Shown piece by piece: positions 51,813-61,687 of a stretch of DNA of 64,000 nucleotides. The position numbers were made by a program, and so were the translations under genes. Position 1 is the stretch's first letter; every line of letters begins with the position of its first letter. The notes under the pieces were generated by a model. The model was not told where the DNA came from. It worked only from the letters and a program-made list of their open reading frames with translations, and ran no database searches. The stretch comes from an uncultured Acidobacteriota bacterium (GTDB lineage Bacteria; Acidobacteriota; Thermoanaerobaculia; Multivoradales; UBA5704), in NCBI GenBank assembly GCA_963700145.1, contig OY969474.1, positions 3,584,001-3,648,000 on the forward strand, given 5' to 3'.

Positions 51813-51875
51813 GGCGCCCTACCCTTCGACGTCATCCTGAGCGGAGCGAAGCGCAGCGAAGGATCTGGGCGGGGG
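51771..51875. repeat. GTCATYC-family palindromic repeat pair (copy C)
   Basis: CCCAGATCCTTCGCTTCGCTCAGGATGAC ... GTCATCCTGAGCGGAGCGAAGCGCAGCGAAGGATCTGGG. Confidence 0.85.
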
Positions 51876-51889
51876 ACGCCTCGACACAC

Positions 51890-52942
51890 TCACCCGCTGT
51901 AGGGGAACTGCGCGCCGTACCAGCTCGTGGCGATCAGCCGCTCGGCCGCCGGTTTGCCGGAGAAGCGGTACCAGAGGTGAGTGTTGTAGACCAGCGCCAG
52001 GCGCGCCAGCACCTGGATCAGCGGCGTGTCGAAGAGGAGCGGCTTGAGCGGCGAGGCGCGGAGCTTCTTGTGGACGAAGCCGACGGCGTTGGCGCGCGGG
52101 CGGGCGAAGCGCTCGGGCGCGACGTCGTCGCCCACCACCTCGCCGTCGATCGAGCCCAACCCCTCGCGCTCGGCGTTGGCGAGGTAGCCGATCTCGCGCG
52201 GCTCGAAGCCCATGTGGCGGGCGGCGGCGGCGTCGGCGGCCACCAGGTCGTGCGAGGCGAGCACCAGGTCGGCGACGCGGATCGTGCCGGTGCGCGGGCC
52301 CTTCCCCTCCTGGACGACGGTGCCGTCGATCACGGCGAAGCTCGGCGCCAGCGCGCGGTTGATGTCCACGATCACGCGGTGGAGGACGGGGTGGAAGTTG
52401 TGGCGGAAGGTCGGCAGGCACCCCCACTGGTTCTTGAGCGCGGCGGTGATGGTCGAGAGGTGGTGGCACTTCATGACCGGCAGCGAGACCAGCGAGTCGG
52501 CCTCGAGGATCGCGCGCGGGAAGGCGAGCTTGCGCACCGCCAGGCCGTCGACCTCGACGTCCACCAGCTCCTCTCGCGACAGGTCCACGTACTCGACGCC
52601 GTACTTCGCCGCCAGCCGGTCGTAGCCCCAGCGCGGCGCCGCGCGGCGCACGTTGTCGGCGCCGACGATCTGCGAGTCGCCCATGCGGATGACCGCGCCG
52701 GGGAGCCCTTCGCGCAGGGTCCGCAGCACCCCTTCGATCACCCACGGCGAGGTGTTGGTCCCCGGCACCAGTGGGAAGGAGAGGGTGTTGATCTTGAGGA
52801 AGATGCGCTTGCCGGCGACGTGCCGCCGCCAGTCGGCCAGCTCCATGGCGCGGCGGACGGCCGCCTGGACCCCCTCCTCGCGCCGCACCCGCACCCGGGC
52901 CACGCGCGGCAGGGCGGGCTCGGGTCGCGTCGCAGGCTGCAT
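51890..52942 (-). CDS. DUF362 domain protein
   Basis: IFLKIN, VSLPVMKCH, TAALKNQWG, VIDG..EG.GP, DLVAAD. Confidence 0.8.
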   Translation of the reverse strand: MQPATRPEPALPRVARVRVRREEGVQAAVRRAMELADWRRHVAGKRIFLKINTLSFPLVPGTNTSPWVIEGVLRTLREGLPGAVIRMGDSQIVGADNVRRAAPRWGYDRLAAKYGVEYVDLSREELVDVEVDGLAVRKLAFPRAILEADSLVSLPVMKCHHLSTITAALKNQWGCLPTFRHNFHPVLHRVIVDINRALAPSFAVIDGTVVQEGKGPRTGTIRVADLVLASHDLVAADAAAARHMGFEPREIGYLANAEREGLGSIDGEVVGDDVAPERFARPRANAVGFVHKKLRASPLKPLLFDTPLIQVLARLALVYNTHLWYRFSGKPAAERLIATSWYGAQFPYSG

Positions 52943-52983
52943 GGTCGTCGTAGCATAGCGCCCGCCACCCCCATGAACCCGCG

Positions 52984-53946
52984 ATGAAGCTGGTCATCCA
53001 GATCCCCTGCTACAACGAGGCGGAGAGCCTGCCGGCGACGCTCGCGGCGCTGCCGCGCCAAGTGCCGGGGATCGACCGCGTCGAGTGGCTGGTCGTCGAC
53101 GACGGCTCGACCGACGCGACCGCCGAGGTGGCGCGCGCGCACGGCGTCGATCACGTCGTCCGCTTGTCGTCGAACCAGGGCCTGGCGCGCGCCTTCATGG
53201 CCGGGCTCGAGGCCGCGGTGCGCGCCGGGGCGGACGTCATCGTCAACACCGACGCCGACAACCAGTACGACGCCGCCGACATCCCGAAGCTGATCGAGCC
53301 GATCCTGGCGGGTCGCGCCGAGATCGTCGTCGGCGCGCGCCCGATCGCCGAGATCGCCCACTTCTCGCCGGCCAAGAAGCTGCTGCAGAAGCTGGGCAGC
53401 GCGGTGGTGCGCCTGGCCAGCCGCACCGAGATCCCCGACAGCCCGAGCGGCTTCCGCGCCATCAGCCGGGCGGCGGCGCTGCAGATCAACGTCTTCTCCG
53501 AGTACACCTACACGCTCGAGATGGTCATCCAGGCCGGGCAGAAGAACATCCCGATCACCTGGGTGCCGGTGCGCACCAACCCCGACCTGCGGCCGTCGCG
53601 GCTGGTCAAGGGGCTCGGCGACTACGTCCGCCGCTCGATCTTCACCATCTTCCGCATCACCCTGCTCTACCGGCCGCTGCGCTCCTTCTTCTGGGCCGGC
53701 GCGGCGCTCGTTTTCCCGGGGTTCCTGCTCCTCGTGCGCTGGCTCGTCTTCTATCTCCAGGGCTCGGACCGGGTGCGCGCGCCGAGCCTCATCCTGGCGG
53801 CGATCCTGGTCCTCGCCGGCTGCCAGCTCTGGACGCTCGGCTTCCTCGCCGACCTCATGGCCGCCAACCGGCGCCTGCTCGAGGACGTGCAGCTCCGCCT
53901 GCGGCGGATGGAGGCGGGAACGGAGAAGAGCGGGGCGGGGGAGTGA
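52984..53946 (+). CDS. GT2 glycosyltransferase (polyprenol-phosphate glycosyltransferase-like) with two C-terminal TMs
   Basis: [28 protein letters not shown]. Confidence 0.9.
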   Translation: MKLVIQIPCYNEAESLPATLAALPRQVPGIDRVEWLVVDDGSTDATAEVARAHGVDHVVRLSSNQGLARAFMAGLEAAVRAGADVIVNTDADNQYDAADIPKLIEPILAGRAEIVVGARPIAEIAHFSPAKKLLQKLGSAVVRLASRTEIPDSPSGFRAISRAAALQINVFSEYTYTLEMVIQAGQKNIPITWVPVRTNPDLRPSRLVKGLGDYVRRSIFTIFRITLLYRPLRSFFWAGAALVFPGFLLLVRWLVFYLQGSDRVRAPSLILAAILVLAGCQLWTLGFLADLMAANRRLLEDVQLRLRRMEAGTEKSGAGE

Positions 53947-55361
53947 GCGCGGCGCCGGTCTGGGAGCGCTTCCGCCGCGAGGTGATCGACCCCGGCAACT
54001 GCATGCACTGCGGCGCCTGCGTCGGGCTGGCGCCTGAGCTGCTCGAATTCACCGAGACGGACCGCGGACCGCTGCCGCGGCCGCGCCGGGCGCTCGGCGC
54101 CGCGGATGACGAAGCGCTCCGCCTCGCCTGGGCGGTCTGCCCGGGCCGCGGCGTTCCCTACCCCGAGCTGTTCTCTTTTCTCGGCTACCCCGTGGACGGC
54201 CCCGCCCGGCTCCTCGGCCCGCACCTGAAGCTCTGGACCGGCCACGCCGCCGAGCCCGAGGTGCGGCGGCGCGGCGCCTCGGGCGGGGTGATCAGCCGCG
54301 TGCTGATCCATCTCCTGGAGTCGGGCGCCGTGCAAGGGGCGGTCGTGCTGCGGCAGGGGGCGCGCGGGCCGGAGGCGGCGGCGCCGGTCATCGCCACGAC
54401 GCGCGAGGAGGTGCTGGCGGCGGCGCAGAGCGTCTACGCGGTGACCCCGGTGCTCGACCTCCTCCCTGCGATGGCCGTCTTCCCCGGCCGGCTCGCCTTC
54501 GTCGGCCTCCCCGAGCAGGTGGCGGCGCTGCGCCTGCTGCAGGCGGCGGGGCACCCGGCGGTGCGCAAGGTGGACTTCGTCCTCGGACCCTACGTCGGCA
54601 CCAACATGTACCGCGGCGCGGTGCGCGCCTTCCTGCGCGCGCAGGGGATCCCGGACGAGGTGCCGATCACGCGGCTGGAGTGGCGGGCGGGGGAGTGGCC
54701 GGGGCACCTGCGCGTCGAGACCGCCGACGGCCGGGTGCTCACGGCGCAGAAGTTCTATTACAACTACCTCATCCCCTTCTACGCCTCGCGCAACTGCCAG
54801 ATCACTCCCGACTTCGCCAACGAGGCGACCGACCTCTCGGTCGGCGACGCCTGGTCGCCGGAGCTGGAGGCGGCCGGCGGCGGCTGGTCGGTCGTGGTCG
54901 GGCGGAGCGCGCGCGCGGTCGCGCTGGTCGAGGAGATGGCGGCGCGCGGGCTCCTCGTCCTCGAGCCCCTCGCTTTCGAGCGCGCCGCGGCGATGCACGG
55001 CCACATGATCGACTTCAAGAAGCGCGGCACCTTCGTGCGGCTCGACGCGCAGCGGCGGCGCGGGCTGCCGGTGCCGGAGTACGGCTACCGGCCGGCCTCG
55101 GTCCCGCGCGACCGGCGGCTCGTCGAAGGAGTGATCCGCGCCGCCTTCGCGGTCGGCCGCCGGCGCTGGGCGCGCCGGCTCGTCGAGGCGTTGCCGCTCG
55201 GCGTTGTCGGGCCCGCCTTCAACGCCCTGCGCAAGGGGTGGAAGCAGGCCTCGAAGCCGACCAAGCGGAAGGGGCTGGCGGAGGTCGAGTTCGTGGTGAC
55301 GCCGCAGCCGGAGCGCTGGCGCGAGGTGCTCTCGGCGGGACGCGAAGGGGCGGCGGCGTGA
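53943..55361 (+). CDS. F420 hydrogenase/dehydrogenase beta-subunit (FrhB/FdhB)-like Fe-S flavoprotein
   Basis: [39 protein letters not shown]. Confidence 0.8.
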   Translation: MSAAPVWERFRREVIDPGNCMHCGACVGLAPELLEFTETDRGPLPRPRRALGAADDEALRLAWAVCPGRGVPYPELFSFLGYPVDGPARLLGPHLKLWTGHAAEPEVRRRGASGGVISRVLIHLLESGAVQGAVVLRQGARGPEAAAPVIATTREEVLAAAQSVYAVTPVLDLLPAMAVFPGRLAFVGLPEQVAALRLLQAAGHPAVRKVDFVLGPYVGTNMYRGAVRAFLRAQGIPDEVPITRLEWRAGEWPGHLRVETADGRVLTAQKFYYNYLIPFYASRNCQITPDFANEATDLSVGDAWSPELEAAGGGWSVVVGRSARAVALVEEMAARGLLVLEPLAFERAAAMHGHMIDFKKRGTFVRLDAQRRRGLPVPEYGYRPASVPRDRRLVEGVIRAAFAVGRRRWARRLVEALPLGVVGPAFNALRKGWKQASKPTKRKGLAEVEFVVTPQPERWREVLSAGREGAAA

Positions 55362-56953
55362 CCGCGCGCGCGGCGCTCGCCGACTACGCGCGGCGGCAGC
55401 TCCCGCGCGTCCTGACGCAGATGGACCGCGACCCGGACTCCCCGACTTTCGGCTGCTTCGACCGCCACCACTGGCACTACAAGGTGCGCGACTTCCCGTC
55501 GGCCATCCTGCAGCAGGGGGCGTGGGCGGTCGAAGCGCTGCGGCGCGGCTGGTTGCCGCCGCCGGGGAACGGCGCGGCCGACGGCGCGACGGTCGAGCGC
55601 TGGGCGGTGGCGGCGGTCAACGCTCTCGGCCGCATGGTCGACCGGCGCGGCGGCGTCGACGAGTACTACCCCTTCGAGCGCAGCTTCCCCGCCGCCGCCT
55701 TCGGCCTCTGGACCGCGGCGCGGCTCGCCACCGACTGGCGTGCCGAGGCGCCGCACCTGCTCGACAGGATCGACTGGCCACCGCTGGCGCGCCTGGCGCG
55801 GGCGCTCGGCCGCCGCGCCGAGACCGAGGCCGCGAACCAGCAGGCGGCGGCGCTCGCCGGCCTGGCGCTGGCGGCGGGGGAGGAGCGCTTCGGCCTCGCG
55901 CGCGGCGCCGCCGAGCCGCACGCCGCGCGCCTCTTCGCCAGCCAGCACGCCGAAGGGTGGTTTCCCGAGTACGGCGGCCCCGACTTCGGCTACCTCACGG
56001 TCACCCTCGACGCCCTGGCCGACTACGAGGAGGCGACCGGCGACCCGCGCGCCGCCGCCGCGGCGGAGCGCGCGGTGGAGTTCCTCGCGGCGCTCGTCGG
56101 CGCCGACGGGCGCCTCCCCTCGACCCTCAACAGCCGCAACACCGACTACGTCGTCCCCTACGGCCTGGCCCGTGCTGCCGCCCGCTCGCCGCGCGCCGCC
56201 TGGCTGGTCGAGACCCTCTTCGCCGGCGCCGCCGACCCGGCGCACTTCCTCGCCGCGACCGACGACCGCTACCACGCGCACTACGTCGGCGCGAGCTGCC
56301 TGCGCGCGCTGCCGCACCTCGAAAGGCTGGCGCCGCCGGAGGCGCCGCCGCAACGGGGCGCCGTCTGGTTCCCCGGCTGCGGCCATCTCGCGCACCACGC
56401 GGCGGACGGGAGCTGGACCGCCTACGTGGCGGCGAAGAAGGGCGGCGTCGTGCGCGTCCACCGGCGCGGTGCGCCGCCGCTGGCCGAGCACGGCTGGCGG
56501 GTGGGCGAGGGAGAGAAGTTGTGGACGAGCAACTGGTGGTCGGACGACTGGCAGGTGGAGAAGGAGGACACCGCGGTGACGGTGCGCGGCCGGATGCACG
56601 CGGCGGGCTTTCTGGTGCCGACGCCGCCCAAGCACGCCGCCCTCCGCTTCCTCGCGTGGCTCTTCGGCCCGCGCCTCCTGCCCTGGCTGCGGCGGCGTCT
56701 GATCTTCCGCCCGCACGCCGCCACCGGCCCGCGGTTCGAGCGGCGCGTCGAGGTCTCGGACGCCGGAGTCGCGGTGCGCGACCGGATCGAAGGGGCGGCC
56801 GGTCTCACCCCGCGCCGCGCCCCCCGCCAGAACCTCCGCCACGTCGCCAGCGCCGACAGCTTCAGCCCCGAGGAATTGGCGGCGGGGCTCGTGGGGACGA
56901 TGGATTTGGATTCGGACGGGATCCTTCGGGCAACTTGGACGTGGACCAAGTAA
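55358..56953 (+). CDS. Hypothetical protein, probable (alpha/alpha)-toroid (heparinase II/III-like architecture)
   Basis: [35 protein letters not shown]; GTGA overlap. Confidence 0.65.
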   Translation: MTARAALADYARRQLPRVLTQMDRDPDSPTFGCFDRHHWHYKVRDFPSAILQQGAWAVEALRRGWLPPPGNGAADGATVERWAVAAVNALGRMVDRRGGVDEYYPFERSFPAAAFGLWTAARLATDWRAEAPHLLDRIDWPPLARLARALGRRAETEAANQQAAALAGLALAAGEERFGLARGAAEPHAARLFASQHAEGWFPEYGGPDFGYLTVTLDALADYEEATGDPRAAAAAERAVEFLAALVGADGRLPSTLNSRNTDYVVPYGLARAAARSPRAAWLVETLFAGAADPAHFLAATDDRYHAHYVGASCLRALPHLERLAPPEAPPQRGAVWFPGCGHLAHHAADGSWTAYVAAKKGGVVRVHRRGAPPLAEHGWRVGEGEKLWTSNWWSDDWQVEKEDTAVTVRGRMHAAGFLVPTPPKHAALRFLAWLFGPRLLPWLRRRLIFRPHAATGPRFERRVEVSDAGVAVRDRIEGAAGLTPRRAPRQNLRHVASADSFSPEELAAGLVGTMDLDSDGILRATWTWTK

Positions 56954-57068
56954 GTCATCCCGAGCGAGAGCGAGGGATCTGGGCGGGGGGCGGTGCGTGA
57001 AAGGCGCGGGTCCAGAAGGTGTCCGCGCCACCCCTGCCCCCAGATCCCTCGCTCTCGCTCGGGATGAC
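56954..57068. repeat. GTCATYC-family palindromic repeat pair (copy D)
   Basis: GTCATCCCGAGCGAGAGCGAGGGATCTGGG ... CCCAGATCCCTCGCTCTCGCTCGGGATGAC. Confidence 0.85.
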
Positions 57069-58841
57069 ATGCGAGGCGGGCCGCCGCGGCCCCGGCCCCG
57101 GCTTTTTTCCCACCCGATCTTCCTCGCCCTCCTCCTCGCCCTCCCCCTCTTCGCCTGGGGCATCTCCTGGGGTCTCCCCAGCCGCCTCGGCTGGGCGGGC
57201 GACGAGATCATGCCGCGCGCCGTCGAGCAGGCCGCGCGCCGCGGCTTCGCCGGCGGCTGGCACACCAAGTACCCGCCCGTCCACTACATGGTCCTCGCCG
57301 CCCTCCACGCGCCGGTCCGCGCGCTCGCCGGCGACGACGTCTCGCCCGCCGAGCTCAATCACCGCCTGATCCTCGCCAGCCGCTGGCTCTCGGTCCTGAT
57401 GGCCCTCGGCGCCGTCTGGGCCGTCTACCGCGCGGCGCGCGAGCTGACCGACCGCCGCGGCGCCGCCCTCGCCGCCCTCGCCGTCGCGCTCGCGCCGCCC
57501 TTCGTCTACTTCGCCAAGACCGCCAACCCCGAGATGCCGATGCTCTTCTGGCTGGCGCTCTCCCTTTGGCTCTACCTCCGCGTCCTCCGCCGCCACCGCC
57601 TGCGCGACTGGCTCCTCCTCGCCGCCACTGCCGCACTCGCCGTCGGCTCCAAAGACCAGGCCTACGGCTTCTACCTCCTTGCTCCCCTCGCCCTCCTCCC
57701 CTCCCTAGCCCGCCACCGCCGCGCCGAAGGCAAGCCCGGCGGCCCAAGCACCCTCCTCGACCGCCGCGTCCTCCTAGCCGTCGCCGCCGGCCTCGTCGCC
57801 TTCGCTCTAGCCTTCAATCTGCCGGCGAACTGGCAAGGCTTCCAGCGCCATCTCAACACCCTAACCGGCGCCGGCGCCGCCTCCGAAGAGGCCCAGGAGT
57901 ACCCAGCCACCGTAGCCGGCCACCTAGCCAACCTGACCCAGAACCTCCGCCACCTGGTTTTCTGCCTAGGTGGGCCCCTCTTCGTCCTGACCGTGGCAGG
58001 CGCCGCCTTCGCCCTAGCCCGCCCCCGCGACCCGAGTCACCGCCGTCTCCTAGCCCTCCTCCTCCTAAGCCTCTCCTACACCGCCACCTTCCTAGCCCCT
58101 ATCCTTTTCAGCCGCGACCGCTACACCCTCCCGCTAGCCCTAGTCCTAACCCCCTGCGCCGGCGCACTTCTCACGCGCCTCCTCGCCAAGTCCCGCGGCT
58201 CAACTCACTACCTCCTCGCCGCCGCCCTGACCATCGTCTTCGCCTGGAGCGCCCTCCGCGCTGTCTCCGTCAACCGCCGCATGACCCACGACTCCCGCTA
58301 CCAAGCCGAGACCTGGCTCTCCACCCACCCCGGCCGCCCCATCGCCATAGGCCGCCCCAAACACGTCCCCCGCATCGCCCGCGTCGATTGGCGCAAAGTC
58401 CACCGCGCAGAAAACGCCCGGCACGTAGGCCGGGCGCTACGCAACGCCGACTACATCGTCATCAACGTAACCGACCTCCGCACCCCAGCCGAGCGACGCG
58501 TCTACGAAGAACTCCTCTCCGGCAACCTCGGCTACCACCTAGCCCATCGCTTCCGTTGGACCTCGAAGTGGGACGTCCTCTCAACGCGATGTGTCCTCAG
58601 CACCCTCGACCTGGTGAACCCGCACCTAGCCGTTTTTTCCAGGCAGGAGAAAACGGTGCCGGGCGGTTCGCGGGGTGCTCCTCCGGGGAGCTCTTCGCAA
58701 GCGCCGGCAATGTTCCTCGCAGGCCGCAGTCGATCCGGCGCGCAGCGAAGCGCAGCCGCGCGCCTCCCCGCGGCAGTCCTCTTGGCGCGCGGCGGTCCCC
58801 GGAGGAGCACCCCGCGAACCGCCCTCTCGCTAACCCCTTAG
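57069..58841 (+). CDS. ArnT/PMT-like (GT-C) membrane glycosyltransferase
   Basis: WGLP..WAGDE, YPPVHY, multiple TMs, RDRYTLPL; 3' end runs through a structured repeat. Confidence 0.8.
   Translation: MRGGPPRPRPRLFSHPIFLALLLALPLFAWGISWGLPSRLGWAGDEIMPRAVEQAARRGFAGGWHTKYPPVHYMVLAALHAPVRALAGDDVSPAELNHRLILASRWLSVLMALGAVWAVYRAARELTDRRGAALAALAVALAPPFVYFAKTANPEMPMLFWLALSLWLYLRVLRRHRLRDWLLLAATAALAVGSKDQAYGFYLLAPLALLPSLARHRRAEGKPGGPSTLLDRRVLLAVAAGLVAFALAFNLPANWQGFQRHLNTLTGAGAASEEAQEYPATVAGHLANLTQNLRHLVFCLGGPLFVLTVAGAAFALARPRDPSHRRLLALLLLSLSYTATFLAPILFSRDRYTLPLALVLTPCAGALLTRLLAKSRGSTHYLLAAALTIVFAWSALRAVSVNRRMTHDSRYQAETWLSTHPGRPIAIGRPKHVPRIARVDWRKVHRAENARHVGRALRNADYIVINVTDLRTPAERRVYEELLSGNLGYHLAHRFRWTSKWDVLSTRCVLSTLDLVNPHLAVFSRQEKTVPGGSRGAPPGSSSQAPAMFLAGRSRSGAQRSAAARLPAAVLLARGGPRRSTPRTALSLTP
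58661..58824. repeat. 164-bp multi-stem element with perfect 29-bp terminal inverted repeat (copy 1)
   Basis: 58661-58689 is the exact reverse complement of 58796-58824; internal stems and GCGAAGC. Confidence 0.85.
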
Positions 58842-59575
58842 AGGAAGAGCCCCTGAATGGTCCCTTGGATTTCTTTCGCTTTTTGGTAGGGATCAGAAGC
58901 CTTCCGAATCGGCCGCCCCACCACGATGTAATCCGCCCCCGACAAAAACGCCTCCTCCACGCTAACCACCCGCTTCTGGTCATCCACAGCCCGGTTCTCC
59001 ACCGGCCGAATCCCCGGCACAACAACCAGAAGCTTCTCCCCAAGCTCCTCCCGCAGAGCCCGAGCCTCCAACCCAGAAGCCACCACCCCATCACACCCGA
59101 TCGCCAACGCCCGCCGCGCCCGCGACAACACCAACTCCTCCACGTCCACCCGAAACCCCAGATCCTCCAGGTCCCCCCGATCCAAGCTAGTCAGCGCCGT
59201 AACCGCCAGCACCTTCAACCCCTCCCCCCGCTCCCGGCAAGCCGCCTCCAGCATCCCGTCGTTCCCGTGCACCGTCGTCAGCGCGATCCCCCGCCCCGCC
59301 AGCCGCCGCACCGCCGCCCCCACCGTCTCCGGCACGTCGAACAGCTTGAAATCCGCGAACACCTTCGCGCCGCGCCCGTGCAGCCAGTCGATCAGCGCGA
59401 ACGCCTCGCCCGTCATGAACAGCTCCAGCCCCACCTTGTAGAACGACACAGCCTCGCGCAACGTCTCGACGAGCCGCCGCGCCTCCGCCACTTCGGGCAC
59501 GTCGAGGGCGAAGATCAACCGCTCTTCGGGGGGGATCTCCTTGGTCGAGAGGAAGTGCGGATCGGGCGCGCTCAC
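58838..59575 (-). CDS. pyrF: Orotidine-5'-phosphate decarboxylase
   Basis: RLIFALD, YKVGLELF, DFKLFDVPETV (DxKxxD), VPGIRP, DDQKR, VVGRPI. Confidence 0.95.
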   Translation of the reverse strand: MSAPDPHFLSTKEIPPEERLIFALDVPEVAEARRLVETLREAVSFYKVGLELFMTGEAFALIDWLHGRGAKVFADFKLFDVPETVGAAVRRLAGRGIALTTVHGNDGMLEAACRERGEGLKVLAVTALTSLDRGDLEDLGFRVDVEELVLSRARRALAIGCDGVVASGLEARALREELGEKLLVVVPGIRPVENRAVDDQKRVVSVEEAFLSGADYIVVGRPIRKASDPYQKAKEIQGTIQGLFL

Positions 59576-59581
59576 GGCCCG

Positions 59582-61393
59582 CTAGGCTAGCAGCCGCGCC
59601 AGGTGCCCGGGGTCCACCGGCTTCGTCAGGTGCAGGTCGAAGCCCGCCTCGCGCGAGCGGCGGCGGTCCTCGTCGCGGCCGTAGCCGGTCACCGCGATGA
59701 GCCGCGCGTCGCGCGTCGTCGGGTCGCGCCGCAGCTCCTTCGCCACCGCGAAGCCGTCCATGCCGGGGAGCCCGAGGTCGCAGAGCACCACCTCCGGATG
59801 GAAGCGGCGCGCCGCCTCGACCCCCGCCGAGCCGTCGTAGGCGAGCGCCACCTTGTGACCGGAGAGCACCAGGAAGTCGCGCAGCGTGGCCGCCGCGTCC
59901 GGGTTGTCCTCGACCACCAGGATCCGCCGCGCGTGCCGCTCCTGCTCGGCCGGCCGCTCCGCCGCCGCCGCCGGCTCCGCGGCTTCGACCGGCAGCAGCA
60001 TCGTGAACTCCGCGCCGCGCCCCAGGCCCTCGCTCCGCACATCGACCTCGCCGCCGTGCAGCTCGACGAGCCCCTTCGCCACCGCCAGCCCCACCCCGAG
60101 GCCGCCCTTCGTCCGCTCCAGGCTGTGGTCGGCCTGGGTGAACGGCTCGAAGACGTGCGGCAGGATCTCCGGTCCGATGCCCATGCCGGTGTCGCGCACC
60201 ACGACCGCGGCGCGCCGGCCGCCGCCGTCGCGCGCCACCCGCACCGTCACACGGCCGCCGGCGCCGGTGAACTTGGCGGCGTTGCGCAGCAGCTTTTCGA
60301 GCGCCTGGCCGAGCCGCGCCCGGTCGCCCTGCACACCCAGCCGCTCGCGCGGCAGGTCCAGCGAGACGGTCAGCCCGGCCGCCTCCAGCGCCGGCCGCTC
60401 CCGCTCGACCGCGGCGCGCACCAGCTCCACCAGCTCGAGCGGCTCGCAATGCAGCTCGACCTCGCCGCGCGTCACCCGCTCCACCTCGAGCAGGTCGTCC
60501 ACCAGGGCGGCCTGGTGGCGCACCTGCCGCTCGGCGGTCTCGAGCGCCCGCCGCCGGGTCGGGTCGCCTTCCGAGCCGCTCAGCCGCAGCACCTGCAGGG
60601 CGTTGCTGATCGTCCCCAGCGGGTTGCGCAGCTCGTGCGCCAGCATCGCCAGGAACTCCTCCTGCCGCCGCTCGGCGCGCGCCAGGGCCGCGCGGTGCTC
60701 GGCCAGCCGCTCCTTCACCTCCTCGAGCTTGCGCTCGATGGCGCCCGCCCGCTCGAGCTGCTCCAGCATCCAGGCGGCACCGTCCTCGGGCGCGGCGTTG
60801 CCAAGCACCATCTCCGCCGGCTCGTAGTAGAAGTTGGCGCAGAGGCGGCGGCCGATCAGCGCCAGCGGGTGGGTGCGGAGGGCGCCGGTCTGGGTCTCGG
60901 GGGGGAAGCGGGAGAGGTCGTACTGGCAAAGGACGATGGCGAGGCTGTGCTCGACGAAGCGGTGGAGCCGCGCCTCGTAGCCGAGGAGCGGCGCCGCCGC
61001 GCCGGCGTCGAGCGGCGCGCCCCCCGACGAGGCGCCGATCACCCAGGCCAGGTCGATCGCCAGCCGCAGGCCGGGACGGCCGTCCTCGACGGCCTGTTGC
61101 TCGCACTGCCGGAGGAGGTCGAGGAGGGCGCCCGGGTCGAACCGGCCGCGGCCCTGGAGGTCGGGGTGGCTGTGGAGCGGGACCCAGCTGCCGTCGGCGG
61201 AGCCGGCGAGCCCGAGCTCCTGCTCGACGCGCCGGCAGTCGGCCTCGGCGGCGAGCAGGACGCAGCGCTCGCCGGCCGCCAAGCCTCCCTTGAAGAAGGC
61301 CACCTGCGCCGCGCGCTGCTCGGCGGCGCGCCGGAACATCTGGCAGAGGTGATCGCCCCGGCGCAGCCGTGCGATCCTGGTCTCGAGGTCCAA
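59582..61393 (-). CDS. MEDS-domain hybrid sensor histidine kinase with receiver domain
   Basis: GDHLC, LCQYD..THP MEDS; LAHELRNPL, NAAKFT, DTGMGI, GLGVGL; REC VVEDN..CDLGLP..KP; TTG start. Confidence 0.9.
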   Translation of the reverse strand: MDLETRIARLRRGDHLCQMFRRAAEQRAAQVAFFKGGLAAGERCVLLAAEADCRRVEQELGLAGSADGSWVPLHSHPDLQGRGRFDPGALLDLLRQCEQQAVEDGRPGLRLAIDLAWVIGASSGGAPLDAGAAAPLLGYEARLHRFVEHSLAIVLCQYDLSRFPPETQTGALRTHPLALIGRRLCANFYYEPAEMVLGNAAPEDGAAWMLEQLERAGAIERKLEEVKERLAEHRAALARAERRQEEFLAMLAHELRNPLGTISNALQVLRLSGSEGDPTRRRALETAERQVRHQAALVDDLLEVERVTRGEVELHCEPLELVELVRAAVERERPALEAAGLTVSLDLPRERLGVQGDRARLGQALEKLLRNAAKFTGAGGRVTVRVARDGGGRRAAVVVRDTGMGIGPEILPHVFEPFTQADHSLERTKGGLGVGLAVAKGLVELHGGEVDVRSEGLGRGAEFTMLLPVEAAEPAAAAERPAEQERHARRILVVEDNPDAAATLRDFLVLSGHKVALAYDGSAGVEAARRFHPEVVLCDLGLPGMDGFAVAKELRRDPTTRDARLIAVTGYGRDEDRRRSREAGFDLHLTKPVDPGHLARLLA

Positions 61394-61687
61394 CGTCCAC
61401 CCCCCGTGAGGGAGGGGTTGCCTTGCGCCGCGGGACTTCGTAGTGGCAACCCCTGGTGCGTTCCCGCGACGCAGGGAGCCAGGGGTGCAAGAACTGTGCG
61501 CGCCGGAAGTCGCGCAGACAGCGTGCTTTGGGCGGCACGCGGCATGCGGTGCGCAGCGCCGGGGGCGGCCCAAGCCAAGTCCCGTCGCGTGAGCGATTTG
61601 ACGGGGGGCGCCCTCGCGCCCTAGAACGCCATTTATTGCTTGACAGAGCGCTGCATCACTGGCTAGAGTTGCCGCAGGTGACGACAA

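Noticed and set aside
58661-58824. Multi-stem elements as tRNA genes or plain bidirectional terminators
   Set aside because: Too long, no T-loop/anticodon/CCA pattern and no U-tracts; the conserved internal architecture exceeds what a terminator needs
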